Virus record (IMG/VR): IMGVR_UViG_3300017913_001833
Span: 82,381 to 146,380 of that record
Length of the DNA: 64,000 nucleotides
Direction: 5' to 3' (one strand)
Origin: a virus
Lineage: Duplodnaviria > Caudoviricetes
The notes beneath the pieces were generated by a model, which saw nothing but the letters and a program-made list of their open reading frames with translations, was not told the DNA's origin and ran no database searches. Each line of letters opens with the position of its first letter. Position 1 is the first letter of the stretch. The translations under genes and the position numbers were made by a program. Of this stretch, positions 27,489 through 36,875 are shown in pieces.

Positions 27489-27994
27489 TATTGCCTTGTG
27501 TGTTTAAATGTGTATGCAGGATTGTGCATGTACAAACTAATGTTTGATGTATCTACGTCATATTCTATATTTTGTGATGCTTCTTGTAACATAAAATGCA
27601 TTGTATTTAAGAGTGCATATGGGTTATTCTTTTCAGTTACGAATATATTCACAAGTGTGTTGTTATTTGCAATGTACTGTTTATATTCTTCATCACCTTG
27701 CACTTGCAAAGTAATTTTATTTTTGTTTTGTACAAATTCTACATAATTTTCTGTTTTTACATCTGTAGGTACAGAATATATATTTTTATTGCTAGGTACT
27801 TCTAATTGATTTTGTTTGAATACATATTCGCCTTCATACAATTCTACATGCCAATTGATAAAATTTTCTAAGCCGTCCTCAAACTTACGTCCAAGCTCAT
27901 CAGTAATTGCTACACTAACTGCATTTTCTTTTTGTGGACTTATACTTGTAACAAGATTTGTTGCAGGATCAAAGTTAACGTAATACATCTTCAA
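27488..27994 (-). CDS. Hypothetical protein
   Basis: 168-aa ORF coupled to both neighbours. Confidence 0.65.
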   Translation of the reverse strand: MKMYYVNFDPATNLVTSISPQKENAVSVAITDELGRKFEDGLENFINWHVELYEGEYVFKQNQLEVPSNKNIYSVPTDVKTENYVEFVQNKNKITLQVQGDEEYKQYIANNNTLVNIFVTEKNNPYALLNTMHFMLQEASQNIEYDVDTSNISLYMHNPAYTFKHTRQ

Positions 27995-28715
27995 ATCCTT
28001 CTATGTAATGCACTATCCTATTTTGTAAAAAATTGCCAATAAACAATTTGTTGTCAACAAAATGTATATCTTCTGGTAAATCACAATCATGCACCCTTGG
28101 TTTCAAATGAACAAAACCGATATCATACTCTGTAATACTATAATTTAAAATATGTAATGCAATACTAGTGCTTATATCAATACTTGCCCAAGTTTGTGTT
28201 TTATAAGGAGCAAAAGTTGCATAATATCCTTGCCAATTGTTGTGTACATCTTTAAGCGTATCAAAAAACTTACTTGCTTTTAGACTTTTCTTAAAATAGT
28301 ACATGCCTACATAAGTGTTAGGTAATCCATTACCAATGACACTTTGCCTATAGTAAGAATTATGCACAGGTGTATTACGATATGTATAAACTTTTGTAGT
28401 GAACCATAAGTCTTCGTTACTAAGCAAATCAAAATATTCATTCATATCTACAGGACAAAACATATCTACATCCATAACAATAGTTTCATCATAAGGAGAT
28501 ACATCATATGCATTTATTCTGTTGTAGATCTTCCAATTACCTTCACTGTTAGGCACATGGATTATGGTGTCAAAATTTTCACTGTCTACTATATCGCTAG
28601 TTACAAGTGTAATCTTAACATCACCATTAGTTTTGATACTACGTGCAAGTATTTCTGCTTGACGCACATAATTGATAGTACTGTTTTCAGCAAATAAAAC
28701 TACACCTCTAGTCAC
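27975..28715 (-). CDS. GT8-like glycosyltransferase
   Basis: GVVLFA...YVRQA..LA.SIK; SPYDETIVMDVD (DxD); GMYYFKK; FVHLK. Confidence 0.72.
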   Translation of the reverse strand: MTRGVVLFAENSTINYVRQAEILARSIKTNGDVKITLVTSDIVDSENFDTIIHVPNSEGNWKIYNRINAYDVSPYDETIVMDVDMFCPVDMNEYFDLLSNEDLWFTTKVYTYRNTPVHNSYYRQSVIGNGLPNTYVGMYYFKKSLKASKFFDTLKDVHNNWQGYYATFAPYKTQTWASIDISTSIALHILNYSITEYDIGFVHLKPRVHDCDLPEDIHFVDNKLFIGNFLQNRIVHYIEGFEDVLR

Positions 28716-29487
28716 TTATCATCTCCGTTAGTGCAACTTTATTCATAATATGAGTATTAAGGCCACGTGTGTTTACAACAAAGTTGCCTTGAGATATATC
28801 TAAATTATAAACAGAGTCTGAATCAAAACTTGACACAAGTGGATCTGGTAATGGGCATGGCCAATCTGTAGTTGTATAACCATTCAGCATGTGTATCGCA
28901 ATACTAAATGCAAAGTCATTCCTAAACTTTCGATTGCCAATGCTATACAGCATACGATAGTAAGTCCAGTTGTTTTGTATATGTTCAACTAAATTAAAGA
29001 ATATCTTTGTTTTAGGATTCTTGTTAAAATAAAATACTGTAGCCCAATACATGTCTATGCCATGTTCTGCTAAACGTTCTACAGTTTTATCTGAGCGTTC
29101 ATTTATATCAGTATATGTTTTGTTAATTAGTAAATCTTTTCCGCTTTCAAACACGCTAGACAAACTTTTGTTCTTAATAATAAAGTCTGTGTCCATGACT
29201 AGTGTGTTTTCATAGGGTGTAAGATCCCAACATTTACACCTGTCAAAGTTTAACCAAACTATTTGTTCACCTGCAATTTTTTTGACCTGTCTACTGTGTA
29301 GATTTACATTGATAATCTTATCAAACGGTCCGGACTTAAAACTTGTATTTGTAACTAAGCTCACAGGCAAAGACATGTGCTTTTTAATTTGTAAAGCACA
29401 ATGTTCAGCAAGTTTCAAATAGTTAACTTTAGGTTTAGAAAAGTTTACAACATCTTCTTGTATCGCAAAAAGTAAAACACCATTCAA
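28708..29487 (-). CDS. GT8-like glycosyltransferase, paralogue of 27975-28715
   Basis: GVLLFA...YLKLA; TPYENTLVMDTD; WATVFYF; RNDFAFSIA; HIMNK. Confidence 0.72.
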   Translation of the reverse strand: MNGVLLFAIQEDVVNFSKPKVNYLKLAEHCALQIKKHMSLPVSLVTNTSFKSGPFDKIINVNLHSRQVKKIAGEQIVWLNFDRCKCWDLTPYENTLVMDTDFIIKNKSLSSVFESGKDLLINKTYTDINERSDKTVERLAEHGIDMYWATVFYFNKNPKTKIFFNLVEHIQNNWTYYRMLYSIGNRKFRNDFAFSIAIHMLNGYTTTDWPCPLPDPLVSSFDSDSVYNLDISQGNFVVNTRGLNTHIMNKVALTEMISD

Positions 29488-29813
29488 GTTAACAACCCCT
29501 TAGCATCTCTATATTTGCATAACTCAGCATAAGCATCATAATAAGTTTCAGTAGCAAACCTAAACTTATCTAAGATAGTTTCATAAAAATCTTGCATGTT
29601 GCTAATTTTTACAGGAATATCATTTGCATCTATGACTACATCTGTAACAGGATTTTTCATACTGTTTACAAATTGTGTGTCAAGAATAAACATTCCTCCA
29701 TTATAATATATAATGCAGTCTTTCTTGAATTTTTCTTTGAGTAAGCGTTTTTGATTTTGAAAAGTCCGCATGTATTCAGACTGTTCAAGTGCTGTTTTTA
29801 GTTTAGTATCCAT
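29484..29813 (-). CDS. Hypothetical protein
   Basis: 109-aa ORF preceded by a sigma70-type promoter. Confidence 0.65.
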   Translation of the reverse strand: MDTKLKTALEQSEYMRTFQNQKRLLKEKFKKDCIIYYNGGMFILDTQFVNSMKNPVTDVVIDANDIPVKISNMQDFYETILDKFRFATETYYDAYAELCKYRDAKGLLT

Positions 29814-29819
29814 AGTACT

Positions 29820-29848
29820 ATACTAACACCTTTTGCAGTGTTTGTCAA
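29820..29848 (-). promoter_or_regulatory. Sigma70-type promoter TTGACA-N17-TAGTAT with TGn extension, 6 nt before the ATG
   Basis: Minus strand reads TTGACA aacactgcaaaaggtgt TAGTAT agtact ATG(29813). Confidence 0.65.
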
Positions 29849-29851
29849 GTG

Positions 29852-30727
29852 TTAAAGATTAGCGTTGTTTGTATATGTAGGAGCAGGATTTTCTACGTTT
29901 GATCCTGTAGCTCTTCTGTGTTGAATCACACTTTGTAGTGTACCAGTAACTTCTTCGTCAATAGCTCCACCAGCTTTAAATCCACCTTGTTGGTCACCAG
30001 TATCATCGTCTCTAAATTGAATTCTAAATTGTATGTTACTACCTACATACCGTGCATTGATGTTGTAGTCGTTTTCTGCATAGTTACCACTACCATCTTT
30101 CTTGAAAATTTGTTGATAACTAGTAGTTAGGTCAAGTCCACCTACTGTAGAACCTGTACCTGAACTTGCACTTGTGCTAGTGTAATTGAATATCACTGTG
30201 CCCATTGCACTTAGCATGTTAGTCCAGTCAGTGTTTTTTGATCCACTGCCGCCTGATCTGCTTGCTGAAAATCTTATTTGTCCACCTGCGTTAAAGAACT
30301 GTGTTCTTGCAGTTGCACTAGTGAAGTTTACTGTGCAAGTGTGTGTTACGACACCGCCACCACCACCGCCCCAAGGTGCAGTTCTTGATGATTGTGTGCC
30401 TGCTTCAATTGTAGTTTGTCCTGCACCTACGTTGAATTTATTAGTTTCAACAGTAGTCATTAATGTAGAATAGCCATTAATGTCAGCAGCTAAAATTGTA
30501 TCGCCTTCATCTACATCTGTAATAGTTGGATTTGAACCTGCTTGGTGTACATATGCTTTTGTGATATCTGTGCGTAGGCTGTCCATTACTTCATCAGTAA
30601 CAATATCACCTACACTAACTTGACTACTAAGAAGTGTTTGACCGTAGTCGGTATTCATTATTGTGTTGATTCTACTTTGTACTGTATTGTAATCTGTAGC
30701 CGATATAATTCCGCCAACAACTGCCAT
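29852..30727 (-). CDS. Virion structural/tail-associated protein
   Basis: Gly/Ser/Thr-rich (FFNAGGQIRF, WGGGGGG); lies in the tail module with an AGGAG Shine-Dalgarno sequence and a TATAAATA promoter. Confidence 0.6.
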   Translation of the reverse strand: MAVVGGIISATDYNTVQSRINTIMNTDYGQTLLSSQVSVGDIVTDEVMDSLRTDITKAYVHQAGSNPTITDVDEGDTILAADINGYSTLMTTVETNKFNVGAGQTTIEAGTQSSRTAPWGGGGGGVVTHTCTVNFTSATARTQFFNAGGQIRFSASRSGGSGSKNTDWTNMLSAMGTVIFNYTSTSASSGTGSTVGGLDLTTSYQQIFKKDGSGNYAENDYNINARYVGSNIQFRIQFRDDDTGDQQGGFKAGGAIDEEVTGTLQSVIQHRRATGSNVENPAPTYTNNANL

Positions 30728-30750
30728 AATAAACTCCTATTAACTACGTA

Positions 30751-30758
30751 TATTTATA
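30751..30758 (-). promoter_or_regulatory. Exact T4 late promoter TATAAATA containing the stop codon of the upstream gene
   Basis: Plus strand tatttata at 30751-30758. Confidence 0.75.
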
Positions 30759-32256
30759 CCTTTAGCACACATTCGATTAATTTTTCATCTTCGTCATCAC
30801 TACTTGCAAGGGCTATACCTACCATAGCTGTTGTTTGTACAGTTGAACATACGCCGTTTTCCCAAGCATAAATTGCTTGTCCTTTTTTCACAACACCTTT
30901 TACTCTTACAGGAACACGCCCTTTGAGTGCTATATATTGTCCTTCTGCTTCTGAATTCATCATAAATGCTGGATCTGTTGATACAACACCAATGCAATGA
31001 TCACTTGATTTTGCAGGACCTACTTCATGATCTTCATGGGCGCAAACTGCTACTGCTGTGCCTGCTTCTAATTCTATACCTTCTTCAGTTGTGTACTTTT
31101 CTGCTAAGTCAGCAAATTCAGCACTTGTTGCAATACCATTAAATTTAGTTGCTGCTAAGTTACCACTAGAATCACGTGCCGCAATACTATTTGCTGTTGC
31201 ACTAGTATCTGCTGATCTGTAGTTTGCTCCTACTGCAAGTGTTGATGCCTTTGAAGCAATACCTGTAAAGTTTGTTGCAAATACATTTGAAAACTGTGCG
31301 TCTGTTGCACCTAGTGTAACTGTTTGTATGCTTGTGCCATCTGACTGTAATCCTGGAAGAACAGCTAGTGTCGCATCTGCCTGTACACGTAAAATATTTT
31401 GTGTTGTTCCACTTAATGGCTTTGCACTAAGTTTAATTGTTTTACCAACATCGTTTGCAATACTACCTTCGTTATCATTAATAATTTTAATCTTAAGATC
31501 ACTTGAGTCACCAATTGCAATACCAACATCAGAAAAAGTTGTTAGCGTATTGAAAGATGCAGCACCTGTTTGAATAAAGTTTGAAGCATCTACGCCTCCT
31601 AGTTTTTCAGCATTAGTTGCTGTACCGTGGAATCTATGCGCTGTAGTTGTAACACCATCTGCACTATTTTGTGTGTTTTTGAGTGTCATACCGCGTCTTA
31701 CTACATCAAAGCCAGTAATTGCGTTTTCTGCATCTGTGCTATCTATAGTAAATTCTACTGCACTAATTGTAAAGATAACTTCATCATTTACTGTTGCAGC
31801 AATAATAGATCTATTTGTTCCGCCATCGTCACGCACTGATCTTGACTGCATTTGTGTAATACCACTACCTGCGTCTTGAGGTCCAACTAGTATAAAATCT
31901 GTTCCGTTATAGGCATATAATTGTTCATTTGCTGTGTCCCACCAAAAGTCACCTGCTTTTAAGCCAGTTGGGGTTGTTGCACTGACTTCAGCACCGCCTG
32001 TTGTACGCCACTTAGTTCCATCGTAAAATTTTAATTTTGAATTTCCGCTATCAAACCACATCTGCCCTGAAATAGCTTTTGGTGGACTGTTTGCACCGCT
32101 AAAGTTTTCTAACAAAAACACAAAGTTTTCGTTTTGTATTTCTCCGTATCCAGCATAGTTTTTTCCAACTAGCTTTAGATCGGTAGTTTGATCAAGTGTG
32201 CCATCCTCAATAGTTGTTAAGGTAGCGTTATTGTAATTGTTAATAGTATATGCCAT
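30754..32256 (-). CDS. Tail fibre protein with C-terminal chaperone/peptidase-G2-like domain
   Basis: Shares its N-terminal module (ENFVFLLENF...GQMWFD...GDFWWD) with the next two genes. C-terminal ADLAEKY...GVVSTDP...ALKGRVPVRV. Confidence 0.7.
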   Translation of the reverse strand: MAYTINNYNNATLTTIEDGTLDQTTDLKLVGKNYAGYGEIQNENFVFLLENFSGANSPPKAISGQMWFDSGNSKLKFYDGTKWRTTGGAEVSATTPTGLKAGDFWWDTANEQLYAYNGTDFILVGPQDAGSGITQMQSRSVRDDGGTNRSIIAATVNDEVIFTISAVEFTIDSTDAENAITGFDVVRRGMTLKNTQNSADGVTTTAHRFHGTATNAEKLGGVDASNFIQTGAASFNTLTTFSDVGIAIGDSSDLKIKIINDNEGSIANDVGKTIKLSAKPLSGTTQNILRVQADATLAVLPGLQSDGTSIQTVTLGATDAQFSNVFATNFTGIASKASTLAVGANYRSADTSATANSIAARDSSGNLAATKFNGIATSAEFADLAEKYTTEEGIELEAGTAVAVCAHEDHEVGPAKSSDHCIGVVSTDPAFMMNSEAEGQYIALKGRVPVRVKGVVKKGQAIYAWENGVCSTVQTTAMVGIALASSDDEDEKLIECVLKV

Positions 32257-32279
32257 TTGTTATAACCCCTAATACAATG

Positions 32280-32286
32280 TATTTAT
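32280..32286 (-). promoter_or_regulatory. Late promoter core ATAAATA
   Basis: tatttat in the intergenic spacer, with an AGGGG Shine-Dalgarno sequence downstream on -. Confidence 0.6.
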
Positions 32287-32290
32287 TCGT

Positions 32291-34207
32291 TTATGGTGTA
32301 TATGTTGTTGTGCTATCATGTGTCCAAACACCTCCTGATACACTAAACACCATAGTATATCTATTTGGAGTAAGTGTAGCATTACCGCTTGCTGTGCTAA
32401 ACGTAACGTCTTGTACAACAGACTGTGCGTTTACTACATTGTTTTTATCTACAGATACAGTGCTTTTACTCATAGCAGCATTAATGTCAATACCGCTAAC
32501 ACTAGCAGAACTATAGTCAACAGCATGAATAATAGCTTTCGCGCCGTTGGTTAAAGTTTTGCTTCCTGCTGTATACATAGCAGCAAGAATATCGATAATA
32601 TCATTTACAGGTCCGTCACCAGTACCAGGCGTGTTTGGATCTGTCAAACCAGTGATATCCAAACTCATTATGATAGGTTCAATTTGACGTTGTTCGTCAG
32701 TATACCCTTTTGTGGCAACATGACTATCAGCTGTAGGAGTAGCAACACCTGTGATTTTTTGTGTGTTTACAACTATGTCACCGCTTGTACTGATGTTAAG
32801 TCCTGCACTTGAAGTAATTGTTGTTCCATCTAAATTTATATTGTCTACATCAAGTGCCGTCAATGTACCAACTTGTGTAAGGCCCGATGCTTTAGTAACT
32901 GTGTTGTGCAATTCAGTTTCTGATAACTTGATGTTACCTTTGATGTAATATGCAGGAGTAGCGTTACTATCTGTATCGATAATATCTATATTCTGATTGA
33001 ATGTCCAGTTACTTGTACTGTTTCTCCAAAGAATATCTTTTGATCCTGTATTACTGTTAAGTATGATACCTCCGCCATCTGCTGTAGCGTCATCTACTAG
33101 AGTTGAATCACTGCTTAATGCAAGATTAAGATTTTTTGATTCAATGTTAAGCACTGACGTATCAATTGATAGTGTTGTACCTTCAACTTGTAAATTACCA
33201 CCTACAGTAAAATCTCCGCTAACTTTACCATCACCAGTAATGTCTAGAGATGCTGTAGGACTGCTGTTGAAAAATCCAACAAACTCATTTGCACTATCTA
33301 TGTACATAGCACTATTTGTTGAGTTACCAACACGCACTCTAAAATCAATATCTGAACCGCCTTGTTGGTTTTCAAAAACTGTTGTAACGCCGTCAACTTT
33401 AATTGTGTGGTATTTACTATCACCTACACCAATTGCAAGTCCGCCACTGTTTTTAACAAACAAGCTACCAGTCATATTCTGGTTTCCTGTTGTTGCTACG
33501 AATTTTGTAAAGTCATATTTTGTACCGCTACCATCAACTAGTGCATCTGCTGTTGCTGCTGTACCATGGTATTTGTAACTACTACCTGTAGGATCAACAG
33601 GATTGAATCCTACCTTTATAAGTTGTCTAGCAGGTGTTTGTACGTCATCAGGATCGCTAGGGAAGCCTTGTATATCAAATCCGTTACCTGGGCGGAATTC
33701 TACTCTTGAATGTACTCCTGCAAGCACTCCGCCTACAAATAGTTTCAAAATAGTTCGTTCAACGTTACCATCATCGATCACGCTGTCCGCTTCTAAACCT
33801 GTTTTACCTTGTCCAGCTGTGTAACTAGGACCAACAAGAACTAAGTCTGTGCCATCCCAAAAATAAAGTCTGTTTTTTGCATCATCAATCCAAAGGTCGC
33901 CTGCAACTAAGTTATTAGGTTGCTGATTGCTGACTATAGGTCCGCCAGCAACTTTCCAATCACTGCCGTTAAATATTTTTAATCTTGCATCTGCTGTATC
34001 GTACCAAAGCTGTCCTCTAAGCGGATTGTTTGGAGAACCACTACTTGAAAAGTTCTCAAGCAATTTGATATTATTTTCATTAATAAACTCACCAAACCCT
34101 TTGTAGTTTCTTCCAATAAGTGTAAGATCTGTACTTGTTGTGTCAATACTACCATCAACTAGTGTTACTAAAAGTGTACCGTCAGTTTTATTTAGAATAT
34201 AACTCAT
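32291..34207 (-). CDS. Tail fibre/baseplate-attached protein
   Basis: Same N-terminal module (LLENF...GQLWYD...GDLWID...LVGP); beta-rich body. Confidence 0.7.
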   Translation of the reverse strand: MSYILNKTDGTLLVTLVDGSIDTTSTDLTLIGRNYKGFGEFINENNIKLLENFSSSGSPNNPLRGQLWYDTADARLKIFNGSDWKVAGGPIVSNQQPNNLVAGDLWIDDAKNRLYFWDGTDLVLVGPSYTAGQGKTGLEADSVIDDGNVERTILKLFVGGVLAGVHSRVEFRPGNGFDIQGFPSDPDDVQTPARQLIKVGFNPVDPTGSSYKYHGTAATADALVDGSGTKYDFTKFVATTGNQNMTGSLFVKNSGGLAIGVGDSKYHTIKVDGVTTVFENQQGGSDIDFRVRVGNSTNSAMYIDSANEFVGFFNSSPTASLDITGDGKVSGDFTVGGNLQVEGTTLSIDTSVLNIESKNLNLALSSDSTLVDDATADGGGIILNSNTGSKDILWRNSTSNWTFNQNIDIIDTDSNATPAYYIKGNIKLSETELHNTVTKASGLTQVGTLTALDVDNINLDGTTITSSAGLNISTSGDIVVNTQKITGVATPTADSHVATKGYTDEQRQIEPIIMSLDITGLTDPNTPGTGDGPVNDIIDILAAMYTAGSKTLTNGAKAIIHAVDYSSASVSGIDINAAMSKSTVSVDKNNVVNAQSVVQDVTFSTASGNATLTPNRYTMVFSVSGGVWTHDSTTTYTP

Positions 34208-36234
34208 TAACTTGCCCTACCTGTGTATATAATATATTTCATTGCTAAGAACGGATTCATTACATCTAGTGCAGTGCCATCGCCGCCATCTAGTACGCCT
34301 CCGCTAGTTGGCAAACGCTGACTGTTTTGTGATGAAGCAATTTCAAATGTTGACCTACTTGCACCAGTAGGTGTTGTGTCACCTGTGTTAACTTCACGTA
34401 CAGCAAAAAACTGTTCTCCTGATGAAGCACGTAAATCGTGTTCGTGTTCTGGTAGATTTTCAACTGTAATAGTTTTTGTTTCAGTTCCGCTTGTTCCACC
34501 TAATGAGTCAGCAGCAGAACTTGTAACTCTATCTGCACTGTTACCGCCCATGTTATCTAAACCTAGTGGGAATCTACCTCTCAAATCAGGCACTGCAAAT
34601 TTACCTGATGATACTTGGCTTTCTGCTTTAAATGCATATCCTATAGCATCAAACAATGTTTGGTATTCTGCAATAGTGTATTCTGTACCATCACAAATTA
34701 ACCATCCTGTAGGCAGAGCTGCACCAGCATATGGAACAACCACTCCTGGAGGATTAACAGCAACAGCCTTAAGTAAATTACGTCTTGAAATCTTCTTAAG
34801 ACCTGTGTCACCTGATGTTCTGTTTATAAGGATTTCATCGTCTACTTGAGACTCTGTAACACTTACTTTGTTTGATACAATAGTATTACTAATGCTTGTA
34901 GTAAATGTTTTTGTACTGCCTCCAGCTTGGCCGTCAAATACAAAGTCATCTGCACTGACATCACCTGTAAGTCTAAAAGTTGTTGCACTTGTTAATTTGT
35001 CTGCGCTACCAGCTCTACCTGAAACTGTACCACTTACGTTACCTGTTAGGTTACCAATAAATGTTGTAGAATAAATTGTTTTATATTTGTTAAGAGCTGC
35101 ACCTAAATTTCTTACGTTGCTTTGATCTGGTTCAATGTTACGTGTTGTAAGTGTGTTTTCTAATTCTGTTTCTCCGCCAACAAAAAGATTTTTTGCAATG
35201 CCAACACCACCTTTGATTATAGCACTACCAGTTCCTATAGTTGTACTTTGTGTAGTATCATTTAATTTAAGCACTCCACTTGTTTGTATGTTACCTGTAA
35301 CATCAAGAGCTTCTTCAGGTGCTTCGTTGTTTATTCCTACACGCAAATCACTATCAACACGTATTACTGTTTTAGATATACCTGCATTTCTGACACGTAA
35401 GTCAATGTTAGAACCTGCTACTTGGTGTTGTATAATGCCAGCATTACCCTCAATACCAATATTCATTTCTGAATTGATGCCGTAGTTAATACCTGCGTTG
35501 TTTTGAACGTTTAATCCATTAAGTGTTGTACTTACAACATCACTGCGTAAAAAGTTTCCTGCACTAACATTTACATTGTTAACAATTAATGATTCTGCTT
35601 TTTCAGCAGTACCGTAGAACTTTGCTACACCGTCTCCAGTAATATCTCTGTTTGATAATGTTAAACCTGGTTTGATTGTTGTAAACCCTGGAATAACTGT
35701 TTTAGGAGTAAATTCGTCTGATGCAATAATTGCAACGGGCTGAGCGTTAACTTCTATTTGCACAACAGTATAGCTTACATTATCTGTACCAGTAACAGTT
35801 ACAGGGACAGGTCCAGTATTCAATCCATCGCTGAATGTAGGACCTACAAGCACCCAACCTGAACCACTGTATAGATATAACTGTTGGTTATCAGTATCTA
35901 CCCAAAGATCACCTAATAAACTATCTGATGCACCAGGTTCTGAAGTTGCTTTTTTAAGACCACCACTTGGAACCCAGTTTGTTCCATCATATACTTTAAG
36001 TTGTTCAATACCAGGAGTACTGTCATACCATAACTGTCCTTCAACTGGTCTTGCTGGTTGTGTAGCACTTGCAAAATTTTCTAATAAGTGCAAAAAGTTT
36101 TCTGAAATAGCTGTGCCATATGCAGTTGTGTTTCTGCCAGGTAAGCTCAAATCTGTTGTGTTATTGAGAGTTGCATCTTCAATGGTAATAGTGCCTTTGT
36201 TGGCTTGGTCTGTATATGCAATAGTATAAGCCAT
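34207..36234 (-). CDS. Short tail fibre-like protein with phage tail collar domain
   Basis: Same N-terminal module; PPGVVVPYAG..PTGWLICDG...LFDAIG...VPDLRGRFPLG (collar); NLPEHEH; MNPFLAMKYII. Confidence 0.85.
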   Translation of the reverse strand: MAYTIAYTDQANKGTITIEDATLNNTTDLSLPGRNTTAYGTAISENFLHLLENFASATQPARPVEGQLWYDSTPGIEQLKVYDGTNWVPSGGLKKATSEPGASDSLLGDLWVDTDNQQLYLYSGSGWVLVGPTFSDGLNTGPVPVTVTGTDNVSYTVVQIEVNAQPVAIIASDEFTPKTVIPGFTTIKPGLTLSNRDITGDGVAKFYGTAEKAESLIVNNVNVSAGNFLRSDVVSTTLNGLNVQNNAGINYGINSEMNIGIEGNAGIIQHQVAGSNIDLRVRNAGISKTVIRVDSDLRVGINNEAPEEALDVTGNIQTSGVLKLNDTTQSTTIGTGSAIIKGGVGIAKNLFVGGETELENTLTTRNIEPDQSNVRNLGAALNKYKTIYSTTFIGNLTGNVSGTVSGRAGSADKLTSATTFRLTGDVSADDFVFDGQAGGSTKTFTTSISNTIVSNKVSVTESQVDDEILINRTSGDTGLKKISRRNLLKAVAVNPPGVVVPYAGAALPTGWLICDGTEYTIAEYQTLFDAIGYAFKAESQVSSGKFAVPDLRGRFPLGLDNMGGNSADRVTSSAADSLGGTSGTETKTITVENLPEHEHDLRASSGEQFFAVREVNTGDTTPTGASRSTFEIASSQNSQRLPTSGGVLDGGDGTALDVMNPFLAMKYIIYTGRAS

Positions 36235-36237
36235 TTA

Positions 36238-36852
36238 TTACCCCTCGTTAAAACCAGTTAGACTTTGCACTCTTACTGTATAATCAATCTGTATCAACCT
36301 ATTCAAACTTTTTTGAACAGGGTGGAAAACAACATGTGTAAGTAAACGTCCATTACCATCTTCTGCATATGCTTTAAGTCCTAATTCATCAAATACATAT
36401 AATGAATTTTGATCTGTAGCTGTGTCAAATGCATCCTGTCCTGCAGGCTCACCATAATCTAGTAAGCATGTTACAATAACGTCTGTATAGTTTGTACCAC
36501 TTACATGTCTTGTTTCAATCTTATTACGAACTGGATCAGTGTTAGATACGCTACGATCATCAACAACCTTTTTAAATGTTTGATTGTATAAACTTGCATT
36601 TGTACCTGTGCTATTTGGTGTAAGATATGTAATAATACCTGTAGGATCTACACTAGTACCACCGTTTCCAAACGCCATTTCATGTATCCAACCTGATCCG
36701 CCATTGCCTAAACTTTCAGCAAGTGACAAACTCATATTTTCATAATGAATTGCATTGCGCTTGTCTACAATGACTTCACCACTTTCTGGGTCGTGGATTT
36801 TGATATGTCCTTGTATATGTACACCTTGTTGTTCGTTAATTTTATCTGTCAT
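36238..36852 (-). CDS. Baseplate/tail structural protein
   Basis: GHIKIHD...KRNAIH...MAFGNGG...FDELGL...LTHVVFHPVQKSLNR; position within the tail module. Confidence 0.65.
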   Translation of the reverse strand: MTDKINEQQGVHIQGHIKIHDPESGEVIVDKRNAIHYENMSLSLAESLGNGGSGWIHEMAFGNGGTSVDPTGIITYLTPNSTGTNASLYNQTFKKVVDDRSVSNTDPVRNKIETRHVSGTNYTDVIVTCLLDYGEPAGQDAFDTATDQNSLYVFDELGLKAYAEDGNGRLLTHVVFHPVQKSLNRLIQIDYTVRVQSLTGFNEG

Positions 36853-36868
36853 TTTGTTTTCCTACATG

Positions 36869-36875
36869 TATTTAT
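36869..36875 (-). promoter_or_regulatory. Late promoter core ATAAATA overlapping the stop codon of the giant gene
   Basis: Minus strand reads CGA-TAA-ATA, then an AGGA Shine-Dalgarno sequence and ATG at 36852. Confidence 0.6.

Noticed and set aside
1-29813. Bacterial chromosomal biosynthetic cluster or chimeric assembly next to a prophage
   Set aside because: Base composition, gene packing and RTAAATA motifs match the phage part, genes run continuously from the tail operon, and there are no transporters, regulators, integrase or att-like sites.
30754-36234. Diversity-generating retroelement or invertible fibre-switching cassette
   Set aside because: No reverse transcriptase, invertase, near-identical template/variable repeat pair or flanking inverted repeats are visible.
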